A stretch of 41,907 bases of DNA, taken from positions 1 to 41,907 of the forward strand of contig CAZCJS010000003.1 in NCBI GenBank assembly GCA_964498775.1, in the 5' to 3' direction. Below are positions 41,749-41,907 of the stretch, one piece after another (positions within the stretch are counted from its first letter, which is position 1; each line of letters starts with the position of its first letter). A model generated the notes under the pieces. The model ran no database searches. It saw only the letters and a list, made by a program, of their open reading frames with translations, and was not told where the DNA came from. This DNA comes from an uncultured Armatimonadia bacterium. GTDB taxonomy: Bacteria; Armatimonadota; Zipacnadia; Zipacnadales; UBA11051. Made by a program: the position numbers and the translations under genes.

Positions 41749-41788
41749 GGCGGAGGAAACATCAACGCAGCAAATCTGTCATAAGGTC

Positions 41789-41817
41789 TTGACTACCCGC
41801 ACGTAAAGTGCTACACT
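41789..41817 (+). promoter_or_regulatory. Sigma-70-like promoter (-35 TTGACT, 17-nt spacer, -10 TACACT) with ~85-nt leader running to a GGGAGGG RBS at the window edge
   Basis: TTGACT is at 41789-41794 and TACACT at 41812-41817. Downstream, GGTGC(41829-41833)...GCACC can form a hairpin. GAAGGGAGGG lies at ~41891-41900 just before the window end, implying a + strand gene starting beyond the window. Confidence 0.45.
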
Positions 41818-41907
41818 TGGTAGTAGCGGTGCAACCATTTGCAACAAGCACCGTGCATATTCGGTAGTCCCATGTGTCAATTCCGGCCACGAAGGGAGGG
41901 ACTCCTA

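Noticed and set aside
1-41907. Searched for CRISPR arrays, tRNA/rRNA genes, IS or transposase or integrase genes, a DGR-like template/variable repeat pair, toxin-antitoxin pairs, and defence-system hallmarks
   Set aside because: I saw no regularly spaced direct repeats. No intergenic region is large or structured enough for a tRNA. There are no reverse transcriptase, nuclease, helicase, AAA+ or recombinase motifs in any credible ORF. The only long nucleotide repeats I found are the two 26-nt identity patches between the tandem BNR paralogs.

Overview
This is a GC-rich bacterial chromosomal segment (visually about 60% GC, not computed). I call about 33 protein-coding genes, most with AGGAGG/GGAG-type ribosome-binding sites. 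By eye I found no rRNA, tRNA, CRISPR array, transposase, integrase or phage structural genes, and no recognisable defence genes; HypB is the only NTPase, and there are no nuclease or helicase genes.

Gene content, left to right:
- 2-313: a truncated CheY-like receiver gene followed by a hairpin terminator.
- 415-4214, minus strand: a trio of M20 peptidase, parallel beta-helix protein and Gfo/Idh/MocA oxidoreductase.
- 4364-10035: a sugar-modification set of GT4 glycosyltransferase, a small Cys protein, two tandem leaderless BNR/Asp-box (sialidase-like) paralogs, a DegT-type aminotransferase and a convergent xylose-isomerase-like TIM-barrel gene.
- 10157-12703: a promoter driving a small membrane protein, acylphosphatase, a REC-GAF response regulator and a SAM methyltransferase.
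- 12704-13033: an AT-rich spacer, followed by a leuB-like dehydrogenase.
- 14150-18976: two secreted proteins, one of 1138 aa with a GATase1-like module and about four jelly-roll repeats, and one TIM-barrel-like protein.
- 19105-31631, minus strand: an eight-gene operon of leaderless enzymes (DUF5107-like+TPR, two beta-propeller paralogs, AGE epimerase, neutral-ceramidase-like, BNR, GATase1-like+barrel, amidohydrolase).
- 31833-32850: an orphan hypA-hypB pair immediately upstream of that operon on the same strand.
- 33041-41748, plus strand: a cluster of exported proteins (GATase1-like/TIM-barrel, LamG, DUF4139-like coiled-coil protein, an 875-aa protein with three modules and a long Pro-rich linker) ending with a small CxxCxGxG zinc-finger protein.

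The most interesting candidates for undescribed biology are the leaderless eight-gene operon with hypAB upstream, the exported LamG/DUF4139 cluster, a GATase1-like module that recurs in three otherwise unrelated large proteins, and a cytoplasmic beta-helix fused to a small uncharacterised C-terminal module.

All family assignments come from motif recognition by eye. No database search was run.
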